Notes under the pieces: generated by a model | What the model saw: the letters and a program-made list of their open reading frames with translations, nothing else | What the model was told of the DNA's origin: nothing | The model's database searches: none | Shown here: positions 10,901-24,000 of the stretch, one piece after another | How the letters are laid out: each line of letters opens with the position of its first letter | How positions within the stretch are numbered: the first letter of the stretch is position 1 | Origin: Cycas panzhihuaensis | Lineage: Eukaryota > Plantae > Cycadophyta | Reading direction: 5' to 3' | Assembly (NCBI GenBank): GCA_023213395.1 | Contig: CM041465.1 | Location: 103,547,741 to 103,611,740 of the forward strand | Length of the DNA: 64,000 bases | Position numbers and translations under genes: made by a program

Positions 10901-13900
10901 AACCTGATGCATTAATAGACATCTTAGCATAACCCTTTTAGGAGTAAAATCTTGATTAGTATTTGGTGCCTCCTTTTATCGGTGATGATGTGGAACCTGT
11001 GGAAGGAGAGGAATAGAAGGGTCTTTTAAAACAGACAAATGGAGGAATATAAAATCTTTGACATCATCTATATAGAACTAGGGAAGATTGTAAAACCTAA
11101 AGATGAGAAGCAAATCACAACCCCAGAGGGCTTTATCTTGAAAAAATAGGGGTTAAGCCCTAAAGTCCAAGAGGAGGAAAGAAGAGCTTATTCTTGGACA
11201 CCACTGGAGGATTCCTAGGTAAAAATAAACTTCAATGGGGCTTCAAAAGGCAACCGAGGAGAAGTTGGGGCGGGGCAGGGGGGGGGGGGGGGGGAGGAGG
11301 GGTGTGTGTATTTGCAAAGACTCTAAAGGGGAGGTTAAGTGGGCTTTTACTGAGTACTATGGCTAGCAAACACATCATAAGGTAGTAATAACAGTTATGT
11401 AGAGAGCAGTAGATATGGCCTTAGAGGGGGGCTACGTTAAGATAATCCTAGAAGGGGACTCTTTAAACATGATAAATCTTCTTAAAGGTACATATGCTCT
11501 GGAGTAGAGAACTCAAGCCCTAATTAGGAATATATAAGAAGCTTTGAAAGAAATTCCTAATATCCATTTAAGACACATATAGAGAAAGCAATAAGGTGGC
11601 AGATAAGCTAGCTAACTGGGGTGTTATTCATATAGGGCTTACTGTGTGGAGAGAGGATATCCCAAAGGAAATTATGAGATTGGTTAAGGAAGATTGTGCC
11701 TAAAAAAGGTAACTAAGCTAGCCACAGGGCTTATTGTGGCAAGGTGGGTGTTAGAATCTTTTGGGTTTATCTAGGCCATGGGCTTATCATGGCCATTTAT
11801 TTTTCCTTAGCCAAGGGGAAGATGATGTAAAAGGTTTGGGGTCCCTTTAAAACCCTTGTCATTCTTTTACCTAATTAAGAAAAAAAAAAAAAAACTCTAT
11901 TTTTTAATAATATTTATAGATTATAAAGAAATACGTATGCATATTTCTTTAACGCATTAATATTCATTATTAACACAATTTATTTTTGCATTCATTTACA
12001 TGTATATGATTTACAAGTTACTACTTTCATTTGTGGCTATACCATGACTATATCTTCATTTGTCTCTCATCCCATATTATGATTGATACTTTATACATTC
12101 AAGCATTATCCCATTTATTCTTCAAAATTGTGAAATGCCTATCAACTTGACCCATTACTTCTATGTTCATCTCGTGGTAAAGGCAAATACAATTCCATTA
12201 GTGGATTAAATAGTTTCAAGTATATGCATCTATTACATTCTTAATTTACATTGAAGTTTACAGTGTGGATCACTTATCACTGGCTACTTAAGTCATATAG
12301 CATAACTCATATAACCAAACTTTCAATTTAAAGAAGGATTACTTACCTTTTAACAGAGGATAATTTAAATCAAGTACATGTTTCCACTTCAGTAGTGATA
12401 TCTATTACTAATGAAGTCTAATTTTAGTCTTGCCAACTAATGTATTCTACACTTCCACTTAAACAAAATAAGTAGTCACATGACTATGTTTGGTTTTAAT
12501 TTGATATCATTTTTAATGATTAAAATTTGATAAAAGTTTTCTTTATGATTCATGTACTAAAGGGTTATTTACCTATTTTGACATCCTTGTACTTTTTAAT
12601 ATATAACTTGGTCATTTTTAGTCATAATTGAGTGTCGTTTAAGACATTGGGTTCCTATTTCAATCCTTTATTAAGTAGATAATATTTTTTTTTTTAAGTC
12701 ATTTGATATAACATTTTAATGACCAAAGTTGGGGCTAGTTTAGGCCTTCCAACGCAATGATCTTTGAATAAATCTAGTAAAATTTTATCTTGTACCCTAT
12801 ATTAATATAATAATCTTATTTTAGAGGAGGTTAAGCCCTAATTTGAACACTTATGCATGTCCTAAAGTTTAAGTGGGACAAGTCTTGCTTGCTCTTTAGT
12901 GCCTTTATTACCTTCTTTAAGTGTTTTTTTAATATTATTTTACAAGTTTTTTTTTAAGGTAATTATTTTTAATGCAATTTTTTTAATTATAACCTCAAGT
13001 ATTAGCAATAGAATGATGTAAAAGTTTGATGGTACTAATTTTCTGAATTGGAGTAGAAGAATAAAACTCATTTTTATGTCAAAGGATATGTGGATTAAAA
13101 TAGGTTATAGAGCACTTGTTGTTAATGCTATTAAAGATGAAAAGAAGACTTATAAGGAGAATGAAAAATAAGACAATAAAGCTTTGGCATTTATTTTTTA
13201 TGCTATGGAAGATCATATTTTTCCAATGATGAGTGAAGAATCTACATCAAAGGAAGCATTAGATGCATTAAAGACCACTTATGAAGGAGCAATTGCATTA
13301 AAACTTTAAGGAGCAAGTTTGAAAACTCTAGGATGAATAATAATACAGGTATGAATAACTTCATCACAAAAACATAAAGCCTAGTCAATCAAACGAGGGC
13401 CTTAAGAGAGGTCATAAATGAGCAAAGAATAGTGGAAAAGATCTTAAGATATGTAAGTGATATTAAAAGATTTGAAATAGTTGCCATAAGTATTAAGGTC
13501 TCTAATGACCTAACTACCCTTAAGATAGATTAATTGAGTACAATGTTGTTAACTATTAAGGAGAAAAAGGAGGGTAGTGAGTTTCTAGAGCAAGAATTTG
13601 CCACTAAAACAAAAATTAGGCTTATATTTCAAGGTTAAATTTCTAGGGAAAGAGGACAATCCCCTAGAAGAATAAGTCAACAACCTAGAAATTAAAATCA
13701 ATTTCAAAGACAAGGTCAAGGTTATCATCAAGGACAATGTCATTTTTATTAAGGATAAAATAAAAGTTAAGAACAAAGGTATTTTCAAGGGCAAGGATAA
13801 AATTTTGTATTTCAATGAAGAGGTAAAGGTTAAAGCCCTAAGGGTAGAAACTAGGGACAAAGAGGAAGAAATCCTAGGGGTAAAGGAATAATCTAATCCT

Positions 13901-16307
13901 CTTATTACAATAGAAATAAACACTTAGAAGAAAATTACTTTACAAAAAGATCTAATTTATAAAGGAGGGCTACTAATACAATTGTTGAAGAAAGGTAAAA
14001 TAAAAGATTATTTCTATCAAGTTTAATGATAAATAAGAAAGAAGATAAGTGATATATAAATTTAAGATGATCTACCCACATGATACATAAAGAATAGTAT
14101 TTTAAAGAATTAGATAATACCAAGAGAAGTAAGATTATATTTGGTAATAATATCACTCAAGATACAATTAACAAAGGGAATGGTTCTATATATAGAGATT
14201 TTGGAGAAACAAGGTATATTAATAATGTGTTTCATATCCTAGCACTAAAGAAAAATTTACTATTAGTGGGATAAATGATGGAGCAAAAATACAAGGTAGT
14301 CTTTGACAATAGGGAGTGTATCATCAAAGATAAACTAAGGAATAAAGCAATAGTGACTAAGGGGCAAATGACTAGTAATAGATGTTCAAATTAGTCATTC
14401 CTCCAATAGATTATTATACCTCAAAAGTGTCAACCAATATGGATAATGAAACATAGCATAAAAAACTTTACCATATGAACTATAATAGTTTAGCCTTAAT
14501 GAAGAAGATGGACATGGTGACTGAACTACCTAATATTAAACATAGCAAAGAATTGTATAAAGGGTACATACTTGGTAAATAACAAAGTAAATGATCCCCT
14601 AATGAAAGTTGTAGGTCCAATGGGCTTCTTCAATTAGTATACACAAATTTATGTGGTCCAACGGATATGACTTCACTTAAAAGAGCCAAGTATTTCATGA
14701 CATTTATTGATGATTTTATAAGGATGACTTTAGTCTACCTTTCTCAAGTTTAAGTCATATTCACTTAATGCTTCATTGATTTTAGACATATAGTTGGAAG
14801 ACAAAGTGGACTTAAATTTTTGACCCCAAGATCAGACAACAAAGGAGAATTCATTTTAAATGAATTCAAATTTTACTGTAAATATTTTAAAATACAGAAA
14901 TAACTCATAAATCTTTTCACCCCTCAATAAAATGGGGTTAGAGAAAGAAAGAATAGGACAATTATTAAAATATAAAGAAGTATGCTTAAGGATAAGTATT
15001 TAGGAAATGACTATTAGGTAGAAGTTGTACATATAACTGTCTATTTATTAAATAAGTGTACTATCGAAGCCATTAGATGGGTTACACTAAACAAATATTA
15101 TATAGGTTATAAGCTAAGCATCAAACACATATAATTCTTTTGGTGCATAGCTTATGCACATGTGCCAAATCAAAGGAGGAAAAAATTAAATGATAAAAGT
15201 ATAAAACATATATTTATAAGATATAGTGACTTTTCTAGATCCTATAAAATTTATAATCCAAAAGGTAAATGAATTATTATAAGTAGGGCTATCATCTTCA
15301 AGGAAGATAAATTTTATCAAGAAAAAGTTATTGAAAAAGATAAGGGAAAAATTATTTTAGTTGAAGTGGACTCAAGAAGTATAAATATATCTAATACAAA
15401 TGAAGCAGGACCCTCTACTCCAAATCAAAGGGTCCCAAAATAGGTATAAAAGGCTCGTAGCCCTCAAAATATCTTAGACACTAACTTTGAGAGAAGAACT
15501 ATAAGATCTCAAAGAGTGAAATTTATATTTATGACTCAAGTTATGGAGTCTAATGAGCTTCATAACTTTAAAGAGGCAGATAATCAAGATGAATGAAAGA
15601 ATACAATGAAAGAAGAGTACAATGCTTTAATGAAAAATGACACATGGGAGTTAGTAGATTTACCACCTAATAAGAATGCCATTAGGATAAAATGGGTCTA
15701 TAAGACCAAATATAAATCAAATTGGTCCATTGATAAATATAAGACAAGGTTAATTACAAAAGGCTATGCTCAAATTAAGGGCATATATTACAATGAGATA
15801 TTTGCACTTGTTGCAAGTCTAGAAATACTTAGATTAATCATGGCCATAGTTGCCTTTGATAATACATCAAATTGATGTATAAAGTACTTTCTTGAATGGC
15901 TATGTGGATGAAGAAATTCTCACAACCCAAGGGATTTGAAGTACAAAGAAAAGAAGAAAAGGTCTACAAACTCAAAAAAGACTTCATATGGACTCAAGTA
16001 AGTACCTAGAGCATGATACTCTAGGATTAACAATATTTCAAGAATAAAGGATTACAAAGAAGCCAATCAAATCCTAGTTTATACATCAAATTAAAAGGAA
16101 GTTCAATACTAATTATGGGCTTATATGTGGATGACCTAGTATATATTAGAAATAGTGATCATTTGTCCCAAAACTTTAAAAAGGATATGCACAAAGAATT
16201 TGAGATGACGGACTTGGGACTTATGCATTACTTCTTAGGTATTGAAGTATGGTATGAAGAATTATCTAAACTGCAGGTTTTTGATGAAGACGGTTGTTGT
16301 GGCAGCT

Positions 16308-16366
16308 TAGGGTTTGGGAAGCAGCTGCGATCGGCGACGTAGAGCAATTATTCGAAGCTAGGGTTT
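16308..16366. promoter_or_regulatory. Two telo-box motifs (TAGGGTTT) in the LINE #2 5' UTR (candidate internal promoter)
   Basis: TAGGGTTT at 16308-16315 and 16359-16366. Confidence 0.4.
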
Positions 16367-16806
16367 TCGGCAGGCGGGGACGGAGGTGGTGATCCAGGCA
16401 TCCTAGACGCCATGGCGTCCTTGGAAAGATGAAGGAGCTGGACGTCGTCTTTCCTTTGAGGCCCACGGGCTCTTGATCTTCCTATCTTTGCCCTTGTTCG
16501 AGCTATGGCGGCGGGGTAAGGAGCAGACTTGCTTGGTGGCCAAGCGTTTCTCTTCGGGTCGAGCTATCGTCGAGGCGGCCCTCTTCCCTCTCCTTGCTTT
16601 GTCTTTCGTTCTCTGCGAGGCCTCCTGTTGTGGTGTCAAAGGATGCCTTATCCTCCTGGGTAGAGGTCGAGCCGGTGTTGAGTGGTAGGCAGTCGGGCTC
16701 GGATAAATCTGACAAATAGAGGTGCTGGCCCTAGAGGGGCTGCAATCATCCGATATGTTTTTGCACTGTTGTTCAGAGTTTTCTCTAGTTAGTTAATAAT
16801 TTTAAA

Positions 16807-18158
16807 ATGGAAAAAGATCACCATCTTGAGCAGAACCAAAGGCCTTATCCTGGGAAAACTTATAAAGAGGTCCTGAAATCTAATGAGGAAGTATCTTTTG
16901 ATTTAACCCCAGTGTACGAAGACAACAAAGTAAGATTGAAAATTCCTCAGACCGCTAAAAACGGAGAAACTGTGGGAGAACTGCCTTGTCGGTAGGTTCT
17001 CGGGTCCCAGACCAGGTTTGGAGCCCATTAGGGTTTGGACGAGGTCAAAATGGAAAACATCGAGTAATGTTGAGGTAATAGCCATGCCCAAGGGCTGTGT
17101 GCTATTTAAATTTGCATCATATGAAGATATGGCCAGCATTCTGATCAGGGCACCATGGATGTTTGGAAGAAAAGCGTTATATCTGGAGAAATGGAATAGG
17201 GGCTTTGACCCCTCGACTCCAAAAATTAAGCAAGCCCCTATTTAGATCCAACTTCCAGGGTTGCCGCTTCACCATTGGAACTCGGAGGTTTTTAATGGGA
17301 TCGCGAAGGTGGTTGGCCCCCTCCTAGCAGTTGATTCGGCAACGAAGAATGTATGAGCTTATTAACGCCAGAATTTGTGCCTTGGTGAGGATAGATAAGC
17401 CTTTATTAGACGATATCTGGATGGACCTCCCTGATGAAACCTGGGTTCAACCTTTGCTATACTGGTAGGACCACTTTAGATGCTCAACATGTAGAAACAC
17501 AGGACATCCGCCCCGATACCAGGTGTGCAACCCCCAAAAGAAGTTCCAGCAGAGACAGACAAACAGGAGGAAGGAATAGTGGTGGGGCAAGTTTGCCCTG
17601 GCCGATTGGAGGCGGCGGATACTTCTCTTCAAAACTTAGGCTTTGATCCAAGCGAGGAGGACACATTGCTTGAGGAGGATGCACATACAGATCAGGTCGC
17701 TGTGGACCTGAAGGGCCTGGACGAAGAGGTTGGGGCTACGGAACACCCCCAAAAGGGGGATGTTACGCCGACTCATAATGTCTCGCCTAAGCCTTGGAGG
17801 CAACTGGAGAGAGTGATGGAAAAGGGGACGGATATCCCCCCGCCGATTGTTGGCCCAAGCCGCCTCAGAGAGGGGGACGGGGACGCGGATCTGCCTTGCC
17901 CAGAGGAATCAGGACAGGCAAAACTTGATTCAACCTTGTAGATGCCTCAAAAGAAGCCGGATGTAGGTGTTGAGAAGCGGGTTGGTAGACCCCCGCTAAA
18001 AGTCCAAAGAGAGAAGGATCTACCGCCCAAGTTGATCTTGCACGCAGAAAACTCTGAAAGAATCATTCCTTGAGGGGCCTACCCTCGATCCCAAGACAAG
18101 AGCTGAGAGCCCCCAAAAGGAGGCTACCGAGGTCCAGAAACAAAGGAAGAAGAGATGA
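16807..18158 (+). pseudogene. LINE #2 ORF1 (DUF4283-type), frameshifted
   Basis: MEKD start; KGCVLFKF..APWMFGRKALYLEKW; acidic low-complexity tail; ends KQRKKR-TGA. Confidence 0.85.
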
Positions 18159-21100
18159 AAATTCTCTCATGGAATATCGGGGCCTCAATGCCCCTTCAAA
18201 ACAAAGAATCATCAGAGATATGAGAAGAAGACATCAACCGGATTTGTTATTTCTTCAAGAAACAAAACTTAATAAAGAGAATGGACCCAAGATTAGGAGC
18301 AAAATTTGGAAGCAAGCTGAAGGCATCGAGGTGGATTATGCCTAAGGAAGAGGGGGTCTGATGGTTTTATAGGACCCATCAATCTGGTTGGGTGAAATTT
18401 TACTGATAGAAGACTCTTTCATTTCGGTTCGGTTAATCCAGCGTAAATAATAACACCTCATGGATTGCCACTAATGTGTACGCCCCAAACCATCAAGAAG
18501 CTAGAAAGTGTCTTTGGGCTAGATTGATTGAAGCCCACAGGGCCTGCCATCTCCCATGGCTATTGGCGGGCGATTTCAACTCGCCCTTTGCCCCAGTGAT
18601 AAGAGAGGGGCACCGAGGGTGGACTACCGAGATGAGTGACTTTAGTGAATTTTGCAATGGGGGTTAGAGGATGTTAACCTTAGGGTGCCTCCTTCACCGG
18701 ACCAATAAAAGGTCGGGGAATAACCTTATCCAAATCGGTTGGATAGGGTGTTGGTAAATTTTGATTAGGTGAGGTGCTTTAAGGATTTCACCCTCGAGCC
18801 TTCGAGAATCGGTTCGATCACTCGCCTCTTCTTTGAACTTCTCGGATTAGGAAGTTTATCTGGGCCCCATTCGATTTGAGTTGATGTGGCTCCACCACGG
18901 ATCTTAGGTATAGAATGGAGGAATGGTGGAGCATCGATATAGAAGGACATCTTATGGATAGATTTTCCAAGAAGCTCGACTGGGTAAAAAGGAAAGTCAA
19001 AATCTGGAACAAGGAAATCTTTCAAAATATAAACGACCGAAAGGAGAGGACTTTCCAAGACACGAAGGATATTGAGGATCAGATCGAGCGGTTGGGCAGA
19101 TCTCCAGAGATGGACAAGGTAGAAAAGGAGCTGACTGAGTCCCTGGAGGAAATCCTCTCTAGGGAGGAAATCCACTGGAGGCAGAAATCTAGGGCTCTGT
19201 GGTTGGCGGAAGGAGACAGAAATACAAAATTCTTCCACATGACTACTGTTAAACATAGAGCGAACAACAGAATCAACAAGCTTCATAGCGATGATGGCTC
19301 TGAAGTTAGTTCGACTGAAGATATGAAGGAGGTGGCCAGTGATTATTTCAAGGAGCTATTTCATGAGCCGATTTAATGGGGACATGGAATTGAGGAAGGA
19401 ATTCTCAATAACATCCCCACAGTGAATGATGCCCAAAACGCCCGACCATGACTCCTTTCTCTCAGGAAGAGGTGAAGGTGGCGCTTTTCAGTATGAAGAG
19501 AGACAAAGCGCCTGGCCCTGACGGATTCCCCCCAGGGTTCTTCCAAGAATTTTGGGATATTATCAAGGGAGACTGCATGGAAGCGCTCCAAGAATTTTAC
19601 GTAAATAGGAAGATCTTACAGGAGTGGCAGACTACCTTCCTGGTTCTTATTCCTAAGAAAGAGGGAGCAAAGGATGGAGGACTTCTACCTATAAGCCTCT
19701 GCAATGTCAAATATAAAATCCTAACAAAGGTTTTGGTGAATAGGTTAAAGCAAATTATGCCAAACATCATCTCTCAGAACCAAGATGGGTTTCTCCGGGG
19801 GAGACAGATATACGATGGGTACATCGTTGTCCATGAAACCATTCACGCTGTGGCAGAGAGGAAGGAGTCTGCGATGCTCATAAAGATTGATCTCTCGAAG
19901 GCCTTTGATAGGGTCTCCTGGGGCTATCTGCTTGATTACCTAAAGGCTTTTGGCTTTGGAGAGACGTGGCGCTCATGGATAAAACTATGTATTGGAAATC
20001 CTCAGTTCTCCGTTATTATTAATGGTACGTCTTCCTGCTTCTTCCCAAGATTTAGAGGGTTGAGGCAGGGCGACCCGCTCTCTCCTTTCCTATTTATCAC
20101 GATGGCGGAGTTGTTGGGTAGATCCCTGGAGTCCTTGAGGAGACAGGGGGTTATAACTGGTATAAAGCCAACATCGGGAGTGGACAATGTGGCCCACCAC
20201 CAATTCGTGGACGACAATATCTTCCTTGGGAAACCTACAATTAGAGAGGCCACCAACTTCAAAGAGTTCCTGGGCCATTTTGAGAAGGCCACGAATCAAA
20301 AGATAAATCTGAATAAGAGCAATGTATATTTTATAAATACTCCAGGCTGTATTCAAGGCAGGATCAGCAGATTCCTAGAGATGGGCATCAGAAAACTCCC
20401 CACTACCTACCTCGGCCTTCCTCTTTTTGTTGGGAAGATGGCCAAGGAAATGTGGAACCCCCTTATTGACAGGTTGCAAAGAAAGCTGGCCGGATGGAAA
20501 GGTGCACTCTTAAGTCAAGCTGGAAAACTTCAACTTGTAGCCTCCACGTTCTGAGCATCCCGCTTTACGGATGTCCATTTTAGAGTCCCTACGGCATCTC
20601 AGATATCATTGAATCTATCCAAAAAAGGTTCCTCCGGTCGGCACTAAACCAGAGAGGCAATTCATCTAGTCACCGAACAAGGTCCAGCATGCCGAAATGG
20701 GTAGGGGCCTTAACCTGAGAAGACTTCCTCTCTTCAATGCAGCTCTAGGGGCCAAGTTGGGGTGGCGTCTGCTCAAAGGGGGTGAGAGGCTCTCGGAGAA
20801 GATCCTAACTAGGAAATACGTACAAGGTGGTTCCTTGGGTCAGAATGATGTCTCTCGTGTTGGCTCATCCATCTGGAGGGGTATTCTGAAAGCTTGGAAT
20901 GCTTTAAGGTGTGGACTGAGATGGAGGCTCGGAGATGGGAACACCATCAGATTCTGGGAGGATGCATGGTGCAGTGACGTTGCGCTAAAGGATCATCCAG
21001 ATCTGGAACCCATAATGGGTCCTTGTGTTAGGATCTATGGTAGTCATGTGAAGGACTATTGGGAAGGAAGCGGAGATAGCAGGTCTTGGAAGACCCTAGA

Positions 21101-22291
21101 GGAGATTCAAGGTGATAGAGTGCAAGAAGGCATTAGAAGATCAAAAGCATGCTTGGCAAGTGTTACATCCCTAGATTTCCTCACAGGACTCGATGGTGTG
21201 GCCCGAGCCCGTCAGGGTCTACTCATACAAGGGTATCTATACTTGTGTCAAGCAAGAGGGGACCAGAGAAACCCTATCCTCGAGGGGTCTGGAAGCTCCC
21301 TATCATTCCGAAGATTGTTGTTTTTTGGTGGACCTGTTTGAGAAACAAAATTCTTACAGCTGATAATCTGAAAAGAAGAGGGTTTACGCTGGTAAACAGA
21401 TGTACTTTATGCTGCTCAGAGGAAGAGTCTATGGACCACATCTTTTTGGAGTGCTCTTACACAAGGGAGGTATGGAGAATGCTACTGGGAAAATTCGACG
21501 TAAATTGGATATTCTCGGAGAAGATATCGGATCTTTGGCTGGCCTGGAAAAGCCCATTTAGGAGCAGGACGTTGAGTTGCATCTGGACTAGTGCTCTTCC
21601 GATTCTAGCCTAGAACATATGGAAAGAAAGGAACCGTAGAATCTTCCAGGCGAAACGGATGGACCAGACTACCATTTATTGTAGAATTTGTGCAGAAATA
21701 AGAGAAAATGTCAAATCAGTGAAAGAAAAACCCATGCCTGGGCCAGAGAAAAGGATTCTGAGTAAGTGGGATATAGTTCCAACCTTCGGGGTGGAAAAGA
21801 ATAAAGATATCAAGTGGCGGCCTCCTGAGGAGACATGGGTCAAGATAAATTTTGATGGTGCAGCAAAGGGGAATCCCGGGTCACGGGGAGGTATTTGTAG
21901 AGACCATTCTGGGTCTACCCTTTGGGCTTTTGCAGAATTCTATGACTGCCAGACAAACCACTATGCAGAGATGCATGCTATGCTCAAAGCTCTTGACCTT
22001 GCGGTGGAAGGTAATTTTCAGAGAGTGATTATTGAGGGAGATTCTGAGGTTGTGGTGAAATCCTTGAAAGAGGAGGTTATCCCGGATTGGAGATTCCAAC
22101 TTTTATTTAATGATGCTAAGGAAATCATTAAGAGGCTGCCAGATGTCTGTATTAGGCATACTCTGAGAGAAGGAAATAAACCAGCAGATTTTCTGGCAAA
22201 TTGGGGAGTGAGACAAAGGGCAGGACAAATATGGAAGTCAGATTTTCCTAGGGATCTTTTGGTTCTGGTTGAGAAGGACTTGATGCAGTAG
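18155..22291 (+). pseudogene. LINE #2 ORF2: APE endonuclease, reverse transcriptase, zf-RVT, RNase H
   Basis: MKILSWNI, FLQETK, NVYAP, AGDFN; KAPGPDGF, KIDLSKAFDRV, GLRQGDPLSPFLF, QFVDD, YLGLP; CTLC..HIFLEC; KINFDGAAKGNPG, IIEGDS, REGNKPADFLA. Confidence 0.95.
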
Positions 22292-24000
22292 CTAGCCGCG
22301 GGGCTTGTCCCGGCACCTTTTTACGGCCTAGTCTGTGGTCATCACAGACTTATACTTATCTGTCGCGCCACATTTCTTGATGTATTAGGTTGTGGGATCC
22401 TCTTTCAAACCCACTAAAATTCATTTTATCTAATCAAAAAAAAAGTATGGTATGATAAAAAGGAGATATTTGTATCCTAAAGGAAATACACATTAGATAT
22501 GTTACACAAGTTCAACATGAGTGAGTAGTTGTAAGCCACTTAAAATACTAGTAGAGGTTAGGTTAAAATTATCTAAGTTTGAGGAATTAAAATCAGTTGA
22601 CCATACACTTTATAGGTAGTTGATTAGGAGCCTAATTTACTTGACTTCAACTTGACCAGGCATCATGTATATAATCAATATGGTTTTTAAATTTTTTCAT
22701 GGTCCTAAGGTAAAACATTGGTAAGCAACCAAAAGGATTCTCAGGTATCTCAAAGGCACTATTAGATATAGATTATATTATAGGTCATGAGGGGGATACA
22801 AGTTGATTGGCTATATAGACTCATACTAAGCAAGTTGTGTAGATAATAGGAAATCTACTTTAGGATATACATTTAATTTAGGTCTAGTAGTAGTAGCATG
22901 GAGTTTAAAGAAATAGGCAACAATATCTCTATCTACTGCAGAAGTAGAGTACAAAGTAGTTGTAGCAAGAGCTTGTGAAACAGTTTAGCTTAAAAGATTA
23001 ATTTGCGTTTTACAAAAAGAATAGGTTGGTCCCACTTAGTTGCTTTGTGATAATCAAAGCACAATTCAAATGACTAAGAATCTAATGTTTTATAGTAGGA
23101 CAAAGAACATTGAAACATAACATTACTTCATTAGAGAGTTGATATAACAAGGTGAAGTGGAATTAGGTTATTGTAGCATTAAAGAATAGGTGGTAGAAAG
23201 GCACTTAGTAAAATAAAGTTTATCAAATTCAGAGATAAACTTAGAGGCTCCCTAAGTAGGCATTATGGAGGATAAATATTAGAATAATGCTCATATTGAG
23301 GCTTATATCCACCTTGGAGAGATTACCCACATTTAGGTAATAACCTAGATTAGCAGAGATACTTAGGCGACAACATGTTAAGCATTTATCAATGCCAATC
23401 AATAGTAGACTCTAAGAGGCATGCCAAATTCCTCTCAATCCTATCTATTTATTTAGGGGGTCCAATAACCCTTGTGTATATCAATACCACCATCCTCATG
23501 GATTAATAGTTCTCCCTTTCTTACATTTCATTCTACTCCCTTTATCTTTTAATCCCATTAAAATTGAGGTCATTCTTGCTCTATTTTTGCTTGATAAATA
23601 AAAGGTGTTTCATCTTATGCCAACCTTTCATTAGCCTCATTTCATGGCACTACTCCTTTGAATCTTCTATCAACTCCAACACTTAGCTACCTCATTTCAG
23701 TTGATGGATCTTCTTCATTTTAGTTGATAGATCTATCTTATAGAAATTCTAATCAATGGACCTACACCTCCCTATTAATTACATGATTGAGTTCTATATT
23801 TATGCATCATTATTTTTATAAACATCTAAATTTTTTAATGTATATGAATCATGATAACCTCACAAATAGAAAACTAGTCATCTAGAGTGATGAATATGTG
23901 AACAACCTTTAGTGAAATATACTTTTGTGCAGGTTGTAAAGTGTAGGATCTTACCATTTAAAGAACTGCAACCATTACTAATTATTAGAATTGCAACCAT

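Larger units (their letters stand above)
2299..11703 (+). pseudogene. LINE #1 ORF2 (APE endonuclease, RT, zf-RVT, RNase H), split by copia #1
   Basis: ORF-track fragments at 2353, 8073 and 9434 plus motifs read by hand. Many Trp/Gln codons have become TAG/TAA. Confidence 0.88.
470..11894 (+). mobile_element. L1-clade LINE #1, full-length but decayed (ORF1 + APE-RT-zf-RNaseH ORF2, poly(A)), interrupted by copia #1
   Basis: ORF1 remnant starts MEKE at 1027. ORF2 starts at 2299 (MKLVS*NIRGMNAP; LFLQET; RLDR; GDRNTKFFH; GLRQ-DPLSPYLF; HQFVSD; YLGMP; IILEGDS; ADKLANWG). Poly(A) at ~11880-11894. The 5' boundary is approximate and no TSD was found. Confidence 0.9.
16258..22442 (+). mobile_element. 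L1-clade LINE #2, full-length, young
   Basis: 13-bp TSD AAGTATGGTATGA at 16245-16257 and 22443-22455. GC-rich 5' UTR, ORF1, ORF2, 3' UTR and A tail. Removing it restores the copia #2 RT frame. Confidence 0.96.
12990..23270 (+). mobile_element. Ty1/copia #2, old and decayed, interrupted in RT by LINE #2
   Basis: gag KFDGTNFLNWS at ~13021. Integrase remnants at 14450-15060. RT motifs NDTWELVDLP, LYVDDL, FEMTDLGLMHYFLGIEVWY resume after 22455 (DKKEIFVS...). RNase H at 22810-23250. No 5' LTR recognised; a 3' LTR may start at ~23277. Confidence 0.88.

Noticed and set aside
11267-11302. Long G-run as a functional G-quadruplex
   Set aside because: It is a slippage-expanded homopolymer within the decayed RNase H Gly-rich motif and is much shorter in LINEs #2 and #3.
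16403-16715. Antisense ORF0-like reading frames in the LINE #2 5' UTR
   Set aside because: Short ORFs are expected in GC-rich sequence; no recognisable counterpart in LINE #1.
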